32,000 bases of DNA, taken from positions 2,640,001-2,672,000 of the forward strand of contig NC_007493.2 of assembly GCF_000012905.2 (NCBI RefSeq), given 5' to 3'. This document shows, in pieces, positions 1 through 9,198 of the stretch (position 1 is the stretch's first letter; each line of letters opens with the position of its first letter). The position numbers and the translations under genes were made by a program. Under the pieces are notes generated by a model. It did not search any database. It saw only the letters and a list, made by a program, of their open reading frames with translations, and had not been told where the DNA came from. The stretch is from Cereibacter sphaeroides 2.4.1 (lineage in GTDB: Bacteria > Pseudomonadota > Alphaproteobacteria > Rhodobacterales > Rhodobacteraceae).

Positions 1-779
1 CGCTCGGCGTGTCGGAGGCCACGCTCCTCGAGATGACCGGTGCCTATGCGGGCATCCTGAACGGCGGCTCGGCAGTGAAGCCCTACGGGCTCGTCGAACT
101 CCGCCTGCAGGGCGAGGATACGCCACTGATCGGTCAGGAGGGCGGCATCGGCGAGCGGGTGATCTCCGAGCAGGCGGCCCAGCTTCTGACCTACATGATG
201 ACCCAGGTGATCGAGAGCGGCACCGGCGCCCGGGCCCGCCTGCCGGGCTGGGAGGCCGCGGGCAAGACCGGCACCACCCAGGCGGCCCGCGATGCATGGT
301 TCGTGGGCTTCACCGCCGATTATGTGGCGGGCGTCTGGATGGGCTACGACGACAACACACCGCTGAAGGGCGTGACGGGCGGGGGGCTTCCCGCCGACAT
401 CTGGCGCGAAGTGATGGTGCGGGTCCACGAGGGGCTTCAGCCCCAGCCGCTGAAGAAGATCGTGCCCGAGCCGCGCATGCCGCCGCAGACGACGGCCGAC
501 GTGCGCACCGATCCCGTGCCGCAGGACACGGGCGACTGGCAGGCGCAGCGCCCGAACGATACCGGCGACTGGCAGGCGGCCCCCCCGTCCGCCGAGCGCG
601 GGCGAGCAGATCGTGCGCGACGTGCTCGGCATCTTCGGCGGCGGCGGGCGGAACTGAGGTCCCGCCCTGCCCGGCCCCCGCCGCCTTGCCGGGCGGCGGG
701 CCTTGCCTTGCAGACGAAGGTCGGGGCCGAGGGGCCGCCCTCCGCATCGCCCGTGCGGGCGTCACGCACAGCTCCCTGA
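1..779 (+). CDS. Class A penicillin-binding protein (PBP1A family), C-terminal part. The 5' end lies outside the window. The true 3' end is probably at 657 rather than 779 (see finding).
   Basis: The frame-3 translation contains the transpeptidase KTG motif (AGKTGTTQAARDAWFVGFT) and typical PBP1A C-terminal sequence (GGGLPADIWREVM). The ORF track gives 9..779, but the frame is open from the window edge. Confidence 0.9.
   Translation, partial: LGVSEATLLEMTGAYAGILNGGSAVKPYGLVELRLQGEDTPLIGQEGGIGERVISEQAAQLLTYMMTQVIESGTGARARLPGWEAAGKTGTTQAARDAWFVGFTADYVAGVWMGYDDNTPLKGVTGGGLPADIWREVMVRVHEGLQPQPLKKIVPEPRMPPQTTADVRTDPVPQDTGDWQAQRPNDTGDWQAAPPSAERGRADRARRARHLRRRRAELRSRPARPPPPCRAAGLALQTKVGAEGPPSASPVRASRTAP
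677..700. terminator. GC-rich hairpin CCCGCCGCC-N6-GGCGGCGGG
   Basis: Perfect 9-bp inverted repeat read directly. It lies 20 nt after the frame-1 stop at 655..657. Confidence 0.5.
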
Positions 780-786
780 ACTGAAA

Positions 787-808
787 ACGCCGCCCCAAGG
801 GGCGGCGT
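787..808. terminator. Bidirectional hairpin ACGCCGCCCC-AA-GGGGCGGCGT between convergent genes
   Basis: Perfect 10-bp inverted repeat lying between the PBP gene (+) and mlaC (-). Confidence 0.6.
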
Positions 809-833
809 TCTGCAGTCTCGGGAGGGTCTCGCC

Positions 834-1457
834 TCAGCTCGCGCGGCGCAGCTGTTCGGTCAGCGCCGGGATCGAGCCGCGGTTGCGGTCCAGAAGCGCG
901 CCGACCTCGGCCCGCTCGGACGCCAGCATGTTCACGCCCTCGATGATGATGTTGAAGAAGGCCGGGCGGCCCGACCGGTCCGACACATGCCAGCGGACCT
1001 CGAACGGGTTCTCGTTGCGCAGATAGGCGGTCGAGATCACCTCGACGGCGCTCTTCATCGGACGCGCATCGTTGACCTTGATCTCGCTGCCGATGAACTC
1101 GCGGAAGCGCTTGCCGTATTTCCGGGCGATATAGCCCTGGTAGGCCTGGGTGAAGGCCGAGATCTCCTGCCGGCTCGCGCTGCGGGCGGCGACACCCAGC
1201 GCCGTGCGGGCGATGGCCGGCACGTCGGCATAGCGCGCGAAGAGCCGCTCGAAATCGGCATACATCTGCCCCTCGGACTTGCCCGAGTTGATCGTCCGGT
1301 TCACCTGGGCCACCGCCTCGACCACCAGCGCACGCGCCGTGCCGGTATCGAGCGCCTGAGCCCGCCAGGGCAGAAGGGCCGCGGCAACGCCCGCCGCGAG
1401 GCCCATCGTCACGGTGCGGCGGCTGGGCCGGAGGTCGAAGGGAAGATCATTGGGCAT
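834..1457 (-). CDS. mlaC: MlaC/Ttg2D-family periplasmic phospholipid-binding protein
   Basis: The C-terminal 207 aa of ORF 834..1634 resemble the toluene-tolerance Ttg2D/MlaC family. ATG at 1457 gives MPNDLPFDLRPSRRTVTMGLAAGVAAALLPWRAQA, a signal peptide with a twin-arginine-like SRR. This start overlaps the mlaA stop by 11 nt. Confidence 0.8.
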   Translation of the reverse strand: MPNDLPFDLRPSRRTVTMGLAAGVAAALLPWRAQALDTGTARALVVEAVAQVNRTINSGKSEGQMYADFERLFARYADVPAIARTALGVAARSASRQEISAFTQAYQGYIARKYGKRFREFIGSEIKVNDARPMKSAVEVISTAYLRNENPFEVRWHVSDRSGRPAFFNIIIEGVNMLASERAEVGALLDRNRGSIPALTEQLRRAS

Positions 1458-2235
1458 CGAATTCCTCATATGGATCGATGGCGTAGGGGTCGATGTAGGC
1501 ATCGTCCGCCCCGCCGGTCTGGCCGAGCTCGAAACGCCGGTTCTGAAGATAGAGGAGCCGGGTCTGCGAGTAGCTATCGGCGCTTTCATATAGAACCGAG
1601 TCGATCGTTTCGGAATAGCGGGCCCGATCACCAAGTATTGAGCCGGCCTCCGCCGCCCTGCCGGCCGTCCGCACGCCCGAGGGCACGATGAGCCGCAGCG
1701 GGTTCAGCGCCACGTCCACCACATCGCCCACGAGGTCGCGCTCGGTGCGCGGCCCGAGGAACGGCACCTCGCCGTAGACACCTTCGTTCGCGCCCCAGAC
1801 ATAGAGCGTCTCGCCGAAGTCCGTGTTGCGCCCCTCGATCCCCATGGCGTGCGCCGGGTCGAACAGGCCGCCGATCCCGATCGTCGTGTTGACGACGAAG
1901 CGGGCCGCATTCTCGACGGCGGCGCCCGGCCGCCCCTGCAGCAGGCTGTTCAGCGTCTCGCCCGGCAGGTCGAGGTTGTCGGCGAAGTTGTTGATGCCGC
2001 GCTCGACCGGGTCGGGCAGCACCGCATAGGCGCGCGAGGCCGGGCGCAGCACGGCCTTGTCGACCGACTTGTTGAACTCGTGGATCTGGCGGTTGTCCGC
2101 CTCATCCGGGTCGTTGATCGCCTGAGTGGGGTTGGCCGAGCCCGCACAGGCCGATACGAAGGCGCCGAGAAGGGCAAAGAGGGCGCCGTGGGCTGCGATT
2201 CGGCATCCACGGAGTATGGCAGTTCGATGTTCCAC
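1447..2235 (-). CDS. mlaA: MlaA/VacJ-family outer-membrane lipoprotein
   Basis: Lipobox FVSAC after a hydrophobic N-terminus. The VacJ signature region is present (NDPDEADNRQIHEFNKSVD ... NTTIGIGGLFDPA). The start codon at 2235 is GTG. Confidence 0.88.
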   Translation of the reverse strand: MEHRTAILRGCRIAAHGALFALLGAFVSACAGSANPTQAINDPDEADNRQIHEFNKSVDKAVLRPASRAYAVLPDPVERGINNFADNLDLPGETLNSLLQGRPGAAVENAARFVVNTTIGIGGLFDPAHAMGIEGRNTDFGETLYVWGANEGVYGEVPFLGPRTERDLVGDVVDVALNPLRLIVPSGVRTAGRAAEAGSILGDRARYSETIDSVLYESADSYSQTRLLYLQNRRFELGQTGGADDAYIDPYAIDPYEEFDAQ

Positions 2236-2444
2236 GCTGATGACCCCGGGCTGCGAGAGATGCCGAAAGATGAGGAATCGCTTTTCCGATCAAGGCTCAA
2301 GGCATAAGCAGCTTACCTCCGCATGGCAACGCGGGAAACGCGCCGCCGCAGGGCGGAAAGGGGAATCTCGCCGAATTCCCACGGTGTGAACTATATTGAA
2401 GTCTGGCAGTGCGACATGATTGCCACGCGGGAGACGAGGAAAGC

Positions 2445-4181
2445 ATGACGCGAAGCGACAATCGCAAGGGACTGGAGGAGCTGCGCGCCGTCCGCCGCAG
2501 CACCATGGGCGCGCTGACGTCCGTGTTCCTCTTCAGCATCTTCGTCAATCTGCTGATGCTGACGGGCCCGCTCTACATGCTGCAGGTCTACGACCGGGTG
2601 CTCGGCTCGCGCTCCGAGGAGACGCTGCTCGCGCTGTCCCTGCTCGTGACCTTCCTGTTCGTCGCCATGGGCGTGCTCGACCATGCGCGGGCGCGCGTCA
2701 TGGCGCGCGTGGGCGCAGGCTTTCAGGAGAAGCTCGACCGCCGCGTCTTCGAGGCCGCGGTGCGGCGGCTCTCGCTCGCGCCCGGCGATCCGTCGGCCGT
2801 GGCAGCGCAGCGCGATCTCGAATCGGTGCAGCGGCTCTGGGCCTCGCCGGTGCTGATCGCGCTCTTCGACATTCCCTGGACCCCGTTCTTCCTCGCGGCC
2901 ATCTTCGTCTTCCACCCCTACATGGGCTGGCTCGCCATCGGGGGCGGCGTCGTCCTCGTGATCGTGACGATCCTGAACCAGCGCCTGTCCGAGGGGCCGA
3001 TGCAGAAGGCCAACATCGTGGCGCTGCAGGCCGACCGGTTTGCCGAGAACCTCAAGTCGGAATCCGAGGTGGTGCAGGCGCTCGGCATGGCGGGCAACGG
3101 CTTCGACCGCTGGCACAAGGCGCGTGCCGCCGCGCTCGACGCGAACATGGCGGCGGCCGACCTGACGGGCGCCTTCGGCACGCTGACCAAGACGCTGCGC
3201 CTCTTCCTGCAGTCGGCGATGCTGGGGCTCGGCGCGTGGCTCGTCCTGCAGCAGGAACTGAGCGCGGGCGCCATGATCGCGGGCTCGATCCTGATGGGCC
3301 GGGCGCTCGCCCCGATCGAGAGCGCCATCGGCCAGTGGGCGCTGGTGCAGCGCGCCTCCGAAGGCTGGCGACGGCTGGGAGAGCTGCTGACCCGCCAGCC
3401 GGTCGAGCCGCCGCGCATCGCCCTGCCCCGCCCGCGGGCGCTGATCGAGGCGCAGAACCTCTCCGTGGTGCCGCCGGGCGAGGCGGTCGCGGTGCTGCGC
3501 GGCGTGAGCTTCCGGCTGGATCCGGGTCAGGCGCTCGGGGTCATCGGCCCCTCCGGGTCGGGCAAGTCCACGCTGGCGCGGGCCCTGATCGGGGTCTGGC
3601 GTCCGGCCGCGGGCAAGGTCCGGCTCGATGGCGCCGCCCTCGACCAGTATGACCCGGACGTGCTCGGCGGCTATATCGGTTACCTGCCCCAGCGCGTGAC
3701 GCTGTTCGAGGGCACCATCGCCGAGAATATCGCGCGCCTCCGGGGCGCGCCCGATGGTGACGCCGTGGTGGCCGCCGCGCGCAAGGCCGCCGCGCACGAC
3801 ATGATCGTGGCACTTCCCTCGGGCTACGACACCCGCGTCTCGGCCCTGGGTGGCCGGCTGTCCGGCGGGCAGATCCAGCGCATCGGGCTCGCGCGCGCCA
3901 TGTACGGCAACCCCGTGTTCCTCGTCCTCGACGAGCCGAACTCGAACCTCGACAATGAGGGCTCGCTTGCGCTGAACGCGGCGATCCGCTCGATGAAGCA
4001 GGCGGGAGGGTCGGTGTTCATCATGGCCCACCGCCCCGCCGCAATTCAGGAGTGCGACCTCCTCATGGTGATGGAGAACGGAATGCGCGCCGCCTTCGGC
4101 CAGCGCGACGCCGTGCTGCGCGACATGGTGAAGAACCATACCGAGATCGTGCGAAACGCAGGCCCCGGAGGCGTGACATGA
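2445..4181 (+). CDS. Type I secretion system permease/ATPase (PrtD/AprD family, no C39 peptidase domain)
   Basis: N-terminal TMD ([24 protein letters not shown]). Walker [13 protein letters not shown] signature LSGGQIQR, Walker [16 protein letters not shown] at 2445 follows GAGGA. An in-frame GTG at 2409 is an alternative start. Confidence 0.9.
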   Translation: MTRSDNRKGLEELRAVRRSTMGALTSVFLFSIFVNLLMLTGPLYMLQVYDRVLGSRSEETLLALSLLVTFLFVAMGVLDHARARVMARVGAGFQEKLDRRVFEAAVRRLSLAPGDPSAVAAQRDLESVQRLWASPVLIALFDIPWTPFFLAAIFVFHPYMGWLAIGGGVVLVIVTILNQRLSEGPMQKANIVALQADRFAENLKSESEVVQALGMAGNGFDRWHKARAAALDANMAAADLTGAFGTLTKTLRLFLQSAMLGLGAWLVLQQELSAGAMIAGSILMGRALAPIESAIGQWALVQRASEGWRRLGELLTRQPVEPPRIALPRPRALIEAQNLSVVPPGEAVAVLRGVSFRLDPGQALGVIGPSGSGKSTLARALIGVWRPAAGKVRLDGAALDQYDPDVLGGYIGYLPQRVTLFEGTIAENIARLRGAPDGDAVVAAARKAAAHDMIVALPSGYDTRVSALGGRLSGGQIQRIGLARAMYGNPVFLVLDEPNSNLDNEGSLALNAAIRSMKQAGGSVFIMAHRPAAIQECDLLMVMENGMRAAFGQRDAVLRDMVKNHTEIVRNAGPGGVT

Positions 4182-5479
4182 GCCGCCCCGTCCCCTGGTC
4201 GAGCCGCAAGCCGCTGATCCTCGGCTTCGCGACGCTCGCCCTCCTCGTCGGCGGCTTCGGCACCTGGAGCGTGGCCTCCTCCATCTCGGGGGCCATCGTG
4301 GTGCAGGGCCAGATCGAGGTCGAGCAGAACCGGCAGGTCGTCCAGCATCCCGACGGCGGAGTGGTCGAGAGCATCGAGGTCTCGGAAGGATCCGTGGTGC
4401 AGGCGGGCGACATTCTGCTGCGGTTCGACGGCACGACGCTGCGCACCGAGCTTGCGATCGTCGAGGGGCAGCTTTTCGAGATGCTGGCCCGCCGCGCGCG
4501 GCTCGAGGCCGAACGCGACGACGCCAAGGGCCTGGGCGTCTTTCCGGCCCTCCTGGAGGCGGAGAAGAACCGTCCCGTCGTGGCCGAGCAGATCGAGGGG
4601 CAGAAGCGCCTCTTCGCCGCGCGGAGCGAGAGCTTCGCCCAGCAGATCGAACAGCTCGGCAAGCGCAAGGCGCAGATCGTGAGCCAGATCGAGGGCGTGG
4701 ATGCCCAGATCTCCGCTCTGGGCACCCAGCTGCGGCTGATCGAGGAAGAGCTCTCCGACCAGCAGGACCTTCTGTCCAAGGGTCTGGCGCAGGCCAGCCG
4801 GGTGCTCAGCCTGCAGCGCGAGGAAGCGCGGCTCGAGGGCGAGCTGGGCGAGCTCACCGCCTCGCGGGCCAACAACGAAGGCCGCATGACCGAGCTCGAC
4901 ATCGAGATGCTGCGCTTGGGCTCGACCCGCCGCGAGGAGGCGATCACCCAGCTGCGCGACTTCGGCTACCGCGAACTGGAACTGGCCGAACGGCGCAGCG
5001 CGCTGATCGAGCAGATCAACCGGCTGGATCTGCGCGCCCCGGTCTCGGGCATCGTTCTGGGGCTGCAGGTGACGACCCCCCGGGCCGTGGTGCGGGCGGC
5101 CGATCCGGTGCTCTACATCATCCCGCAGGATCGCCCGCTGGTGATCGCGGGCCATGTGCCGCCGATCCATATCGACGAAGTGGCGGTGGGCCAGCCCGTG
5201 CGCCTCGTCTTCTCGGCCTTCTCCAGCCGCACGACACCCGAGCTCACCGGCCATGTCACCGTGCTCTCCGCCGATGCGCTGACCGACAACCGGACCCAGA
5301 CCTCCTACTACCGGGCCGAGATCATGCTCGACCCCGGCGAGACGGCAAAGCTCGAGGATCGCAACCTCGTCCCGGGGATGCCGGTCGAGGCCTTCATCCG
5401 CACGGGAGAGCGCTCGCCGCTGGCCTACCTGCTGAAGCCCTTCACCGACTATTTCAACCGCGCCATGCGCGAGACCTGA
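4178..5479 (+). CDS. HlyD-family type I secretion membrane-fusion protein (PrtE/AprE-like)
   Basis: N-terminal TM ([18 protein letters not shown]), a long coiled-coil middle and a C-terminal barrel region. The ATG at 4178 overlaps the upstream stop (ATGA). Confidence 0.9.
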   Translation: MSRPVPWSSRKPLILGFATLALLVGGFGTWSVASSISGAIVVQGQIEVEQNRQVVQHPDGGVVESIEVSEGSVVQAGDILLRFDGTTLRTELAIVEGQLFEMLARRARLEAERDDAKGLGVFPALLEAEKNRPVVAEQIEGQKRLFAARSESFAQQIEQLGKRKAQIVSQIEGVDAQISALGTQLRLIEEELSDQQDLLSKGLAQASRVLSLQREEARLEGELGELTASRANNEGRMTELDIEMLRLGSTRREEAITQLRDFGYRELELAERRSALIEQINRLDLRAPVSGIVLGLQVTTPRAVVRAADPVLYIIPQDRPLVIAGHVPPIHIDEVAVGQPVRLVFSAFSSRTTPELTGHVTVLSADALTDNRTQTSYYRAEIMLDPGETAKLEDRNLVPGMPVEAFIRTGERSPLAYLLKPFTDYFNRAMRET

Positions 5480-5504
5480 GACGGCCGGCCGGCGGGTCCG
5501 GCCG

Positions 5505-5539
5505 CTCTTCCGGCCCGGGGGGCCTAAGGGTCGGAAGAG
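5505..5539 (+). terminator. Stem-loop CTCTTCCG-N19-CGGAAGAG downstream of the T1SS pair
   Basis: 8-bp inverted repeat with an inner GGCCC/GGGCC pairing, read directly. There is no clear U-tract. Confidence 0.35.
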
Positions 5540-5602
5540 GTCGTGCTTGCCCCCCGGCCCATCCGCCTCTAGCCTCCGGCTGAAATCACCGGAGCCTGCC
5601 CC

Positions 5603-6061
5603 ATGACCATCGAAGCCCGCCTCGCCGAACTCGGCGTCACCCTTCCCGACGCCCCCGTCCCTGCGGCGAACTACGTCCCCTTCGTGAAGACGGGCGCGCT
5701 CGTCCATGTCTCGGGCCAGATCAGCCAGGGGCCCGACGGCCTCATCCGCGGCAAGCTCGGCGCCGACATGGAGGTGGCCGCGGGCGCCGCGGCGGCGCAG
5801 GCCTGCGCGATCAGCCTGCTCTCCCAGCTGCGCCGCGCCTGCGACGGCGATCTCGAGCGTCTCGTCCGCGTGGTCAAGCTGGTGGGCTTCGTCAATTCCA
5901 CACCGGACTTCACCGACCAGCCCAAGGTCATCAACGGCGCCTCGGACTTCCTCGTCGAAGTGCTGGGCGAGGCCGGCCGCCATGCACGATCGGCGGTCTC
6001 GGCGGCCAGCCTGCCCTTCGGCGTGGCGGTCGAGATCGAGGCGATCTTCGAGATCCGCTGA
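5603..6061 (+). CDS. RidA/YjgF-family protein (reactive intermediate deaminase-like)
   Basis: 152-aa protein with YjgF/RidA-like sequence (VHVSGQ ..., C-terminal LPFGVAVEIEAIFEI). GGAG lies 8 nt upstream of the ATG. Confidence 0.8.
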   Translation: MTIEARLAELGVTLPDAPVPAANYVPFVKTGALVHVSGQISQGPDGLIRGKLGADMEVAAGAAAAQACAISLLSQLRRACDGDLERLVRVVKLVGFVNSTPDFTDQPKVINGASDFLVEVLGEAGRHARSAVSAASLPFGVAVEIEAIFEIR

Positions 6062-6831
6062 TGCGCGCGCCCCTGCCCGAGGCATTCCTGCGCCTGCCCA
6101 TCGCCCACCGCGCGCTGCACGACCGTGCCGCGGGCCGACCCGAAAACTCGCCCGGCGCGATCCGCGCCGCCATCGAGGCGGGCTACGGGATCGAGATCGA
6201 CCTGCAGCTCTCGGCCGATGGCGTGCCGATGGTGTTCCACGACGAGACCCTCGACCGGCTCACCGCCGAGACGGGCCCTCTCGCCGCCCGCACCGCGGCC
6301 GAGCTCCGCGCCATCCCGCTTCGCGACGCCGCGGACACCATCCCCACGCTCGCCGAGGTTCTGGAGCTGGTCGCAGGCCGGGTGCCGCTCCTCATCGAGA
6401 TCAAGGATCAGGACGGGGCGCTCGGCCCTGCGGTGGGGGCGCTCGAGGCCGCGACCGCCGCGGCGCTCGAAGGCTACGGCGGCCCCGCCGCGGTCATGTC
6501 CTTCAACCCCCAGTCCATGGCCGAGATGGCGCGCCTTCGTCCCGACCTGCCGCGCGGCCTCGTCACCTCGAGCTACGATCCCACCGACTGGGCGCCGGTG
6601 CCGCCCGAGACCTGCGCCCGCCTCCGCGCCATCCCCGATTACGACCGGGTGGAGGCGAGCTTCGTCTCGCACGAGGCCCCCGATCTCGACCGCCCCCGGG
6701 TGGCCGAGCTCAAGGCCCAAGGCGCCGCGATCCTCTGCTGGACCATCCGGTCGCCCGAGGCAGAGGCCCTCGCGCGCCGTGTCGCCGCCAACGTGACCTT
6801 CGAGGGCTACCGCGCCGCCCTTCCGGCTTGA
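6061..6831 (+). CDS. Glycerophosphodiester phosphodiesterase family protein
   Basis: GDPD motifs are present (IAHRAL...ENS; IEIDLQLSADGVPMVFHDETLDRLT). The start overlaps the upstream stop (TGATG). Confidence 0.85.
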   Translation: MRAPLPEAFLRLPIAHRALHDRAAGRPENSPGAIRAAIEAGYGIEIDLQLSADGVPMVFHDETLDRLTAETGPLAARTAAELRAIPLRDAADTIPTLAEVLELVAGRVPLLIEIKDQDGALGPAVGALEAATAAALEGYGGPAAVMSFNPQSMAEMARLRPDLPRGLVTSSYDPTDWAPVPPETCARLRAIPDYDRVEASFVSHEAPDLDRPRVAELKAQGAAILCWTIRSPEAEALARRVAANVTFEGYRAALPA

Positions 6832-6966
6832 CCCCGACCCGCGCCGCCCCAGTTCACAGGCGGCGCAAGCCTCTTTCACTCTGCGCAAATATCCTCGGGG
6901 GTGCGGGGGCAGACAGCCCCCGCGGACGCCCGCCGCTTCCTGCCCTGTCCGGACAAGCCCGCCTCC

Positions 6967-8145
6967 ATGAGCACCGCCGCCATCGAGATCACCGCCCACG
7001 CCGGACTGACCGAGATCCCGGCCGCCGACTGGGATGCGGTGGCCTGCCCCGAGGCGGCCTCCGGCCGCCCGATCGATCCCTTCACCACCCACCGCTTCCT
7101 CTCGGCCCTCGAACGGTCGGGCTCGGTCGGCCCCGGCACCGGCTGGCAGCCCCATCCGCTGGTGGCCCGGATGGGCGGACGGCTCATCGCGGCGGCGCCG
7201 CTCTATGCCAAGCTCCACAGTCAGGGCGAATATATCTTCGACCACAACTGGGCCCATGCCTACGAGCGGGCGGGCGGGCGCTATTACCCCAAGCTCCAGA
7301 TCGCCGTGCCCTTCACCCCCGCCACCGGGCGCCGCTTCCTCACGCTGCCCGGGCTCGAGGACACGGGCCGCGCGGCGCTCGTGCAGGGGGCGGTCGAGAT
7401 CGCCGGGCGGAACGGGCTCTCCTCGCTCCACGCCACCTTCTGCACCGAAGCGGAGGCCGAGGCGGGCGCCGGGCTGGGTCTCCTGCACCGCGTCACCCAG
7501 CAGTTCCACTGGGTGAACGAGGGCTATGCCGACTTCGGAGAGTTTCTCGACGCCCTCTCCTCGCGCAAGCGCAAGGCCATCCGCAAGGAGCGCGAGACCG
7601 CCCGCGCCTTCGGCGGCACCATCCGCTGCCTCACCGGCGACGAGATCGAGCCGCGGCATTGGGACGCGTTCTGGACCTTCTATCAGGACACCGGCAACCG
7701 CAAGTGGGGCCGCCCCTACCTCACCCGCCGCGCCTTTGCCGAATTTCACGCCACGATGCGCGACGACATCCTGCTGGTGCTGGCCGAGCGCGAGGGTCGG
7801 CCGATCGCGGGGGCGCTCAATTTCATCGGCCGCGACACGCTTTTCGGGCGCTATTGGGGCTGCATCGAGGATCATGCCTGCCTGCATTTCGAGCTCTGCT
7901 ACCATCAGGCCATCGACTGGGCCATCGCGCACGGGCTTGCCCGCGTCGAGGCCGGAGCGCAGGGTGAGCACAAGCTCGCCCGTGGCTACCTGCCGGTGCC
8001 GATCCATTCGCTGCACTGGTTCGCCGACCCGGGGCTGGGCGATGCGGTGGCCCGCTATCTCGACGCCGAGCGGCGCGCGACCGACGAGGAGATCGAGGTG
8101 CTGACCGCCTACGGCCCCTTCCGCCGCGGCGGCGGAGAGGAATGA
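6967..8145 (+). CDS. FemAB-like/GNAT-fold protein of unknown function (DUF482/COG3146-like)
   Basis: The sequence (DPFTTHRFLSALERSGSVGPGTGWQP...PLYAKLHSQGEYIFDHNWA) matches my recollection of the DUF482 family. The ATG at 6967 was chosen over the GTG at 6901; neither has a strong SD. Confidence 0.7.
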   Translation: MSTAAIEITAHAGLTEIPAADWDAVACPEAASGRPIDPFTTHRFLSALERSGSVGPGTGWQPHPLVARMGGRLIAAAPLYAKLHSQGEYIFDHNWAHAYERAGGRYYPKLQIAVPFTPATGRRFLTLPGLEDTGRAALVQGAVEIAGRNGLSSLHATFCTEAEAEAGAGLGLLHRVTQQFHWVNEGYADFGEFLDALSSRKRKAIRKERETARAFGGTIRCLTGDEIEPRHWDAFWTFYQDTGNRKWGRPYLTRRAFAEFHATMRDDILLVLAEREGRPIAGALNFIGRDTLFGRYWGCIEDHACLHFELCYHQAIDWAIAHGLARVEAGAQGEHKLARGYLPVPIHSLHWFADPGLGDAVARYLDAERRATDEEIEVLTAYGPFRRGGGEE

Positions 8146-8156
8146 CGGAGAGAGGC

Positions 8157-8774
8157 ATGGACAGGCTCACGCTCTATACGAACCCCCGCTCGCGCGGGCG
8201 CATCGCGCGCTGGATGCTCGAGGAGGTCGGCCAGCCCTACGACCTCGTGACGATGGATTACGGCCCCGAGATGCATACGTCCGACTATCTGGCGCTCAAT
8301 CCGATGGGCAAGGTTCCCACCGTCACGCACGGGTCGCGGGTCATCACCGAGACGGCCGCGATCTGCGCCTATCTCGCCGACGCCTTCCCCGAAGCAGGGC
8401 TCGTGCCCGAGAACCGGGCCTCCTACTACCGCTGGCTCTTCTTCGCCGCGGGCCCCTTCGAGGCGGCGGTGATCGACCGGGCGCTCGGGGTGCAGATCCC
8501 TCCGGAGCGGACCGTGATGGTGGGCTACGGCGACTTCGACCGGGCCGTGGCCACGCTCGAGCACGCGGTCTCGGATACGCCCTTCATCGCCGGCGAGCGG
8601 TTCAGCGCGGCCGACGTGCAGGTCGGTTCCCAGATCGGCTGGGGGCTCCAGTTCGGCACGATCCCCGACCGGCCGGCCTTCCGCGCCTACTGGGAGCGGC
8701 TGGCAGACCGCCCGGCGCGGGTGCGGGCGGCAGCCATGGACGATGCGCTGATGGCCGGGGCCTCCCATGGCTGA
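8157..8774 (+). CDS. Glutathione S-transferase
   Basis: GST N-terminal thioredoxin-like region ([20 protein letters not shown] ... LNPMGKVPT). The ATG at 8157 has GGAG 6 nt upstream. An alternative ATG at 8142 overlaps the upstream stop. Confidence 0.85.
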   Translation: MDRLTLYTNPRSRGRIARWMLEEVGQPYDLVTMDYGPEMHTSDYLALNPMGKVPTVTHGSRVITETAAICAYLADAFPEAGLVPENRASYYRWLFFAAGPFEAAVIDRALGVQIPPERTVMVGYGDFDRAVATLEHAVSDTPFIAGERFSAADVQVGSQIGWGLQFGTIPDRPAFRAYWERLADRPARVRAAAMDDALMAGASHG

Positions 8775-9045
8775 TGCGCTCGATCTCGCTCCCCTGCTGG
8801 CCGCAGGATGGAGCCACGATCCCGAACGCGGCGTGCTCTCGAAGACCTTCGGCTTCGAGACCTTCGTCGCGGCCTTCGGCTTCATGACGCGCGTGGCGCT
8901 CTGGGCCGAGAAGTGGAACCATCACCCGGACTGGAGCAACTCCTACGGAACGGTCGAGGTCAGCCTCACGAGCCACGACGCGGGCGGCCTGACGGAGCGC
9001 GACCTGAAGCTCGCCCGCAAGATCGACGAGCTGGCGGCGGCCTGA
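8767..9045 (+). CDS. phhB: 4a-hydroxytetrahydrobiopterin (pterin-4a-carbinolamine) dehydratase
   Basis: 92-aa protein with the PCD signature ([20 protein letters not shown]). It overlaps the GST stop by 8 nt. Confidence 0.88.
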   Translation: MADALDLAPLLAAGWSHDPERGVLSKTFGFETFVAAFGFMTRVALWAEKWNHHPDWSNSYGTVEVSLTSHDAGGLTERDLKLARKIDELAAA

Positions 9046-9058
9046 CGGAGTTTCCACC

Positions 9059-9189
9059 GGGCGCGCCGGTCCCCGGGACAGGCCGCGCCTCCCCCCGGGG
9101 CCGGGTCAAGAGCCTTGCCCCGCGGCAAGCGATGTCGCCCCGGGCGCGCCCCGGATCCCCGGGGCAGGCCGTGCCTCCCCCGGGGGTCG
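9059..9189. repeat. Two copies of a roughly 45-bp GC-rich palindromic (REP-like) unit flanking a small CTTGCC-CCGC-GGCAAG hairpin
   Basis: Copy 1 (about 9059..9105): GGGCGCGCCGGTCCCCGGGACAGGCCGCGCCTCCCCCCGGGGCCG. Copy 2 (about 9141..9189): GGGCGCGCCCCGGATCCCCGGGGCAGGCCGTGCCTCCCCCGGGGGTCG. Both were read directly. They lie between convergent phhB and the peroxiredoxin gene. Confidence 0.7.
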
Positions 9190-9198
9190 CGTCCGCGG

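Noticed and set aside
2126-2389. 87-aa basic ORF upstream of the T1SS genes, considered as a possible secretion substrate
   Set aside because: It overlaps the mlaA 5' end. It is extremely Arg/Lys-rich, has no Gly-rich repeats or acidic C-terminal signal, and has poor third-position GC bias.
2391-8016. Very long antisense ORFs (2391..4139 -, 4046..6085 -, 5671..8016 -) and the alternative-frame ORF 5706..7967 +
   Set aside because: Their translations are Arg/Gly/Ala/Pro/His-rich with no motifs. They are shadow frames of well-supported genes on the opposite strand or in another frame, as expected when stop codons are rare in very GC-rich DNA.
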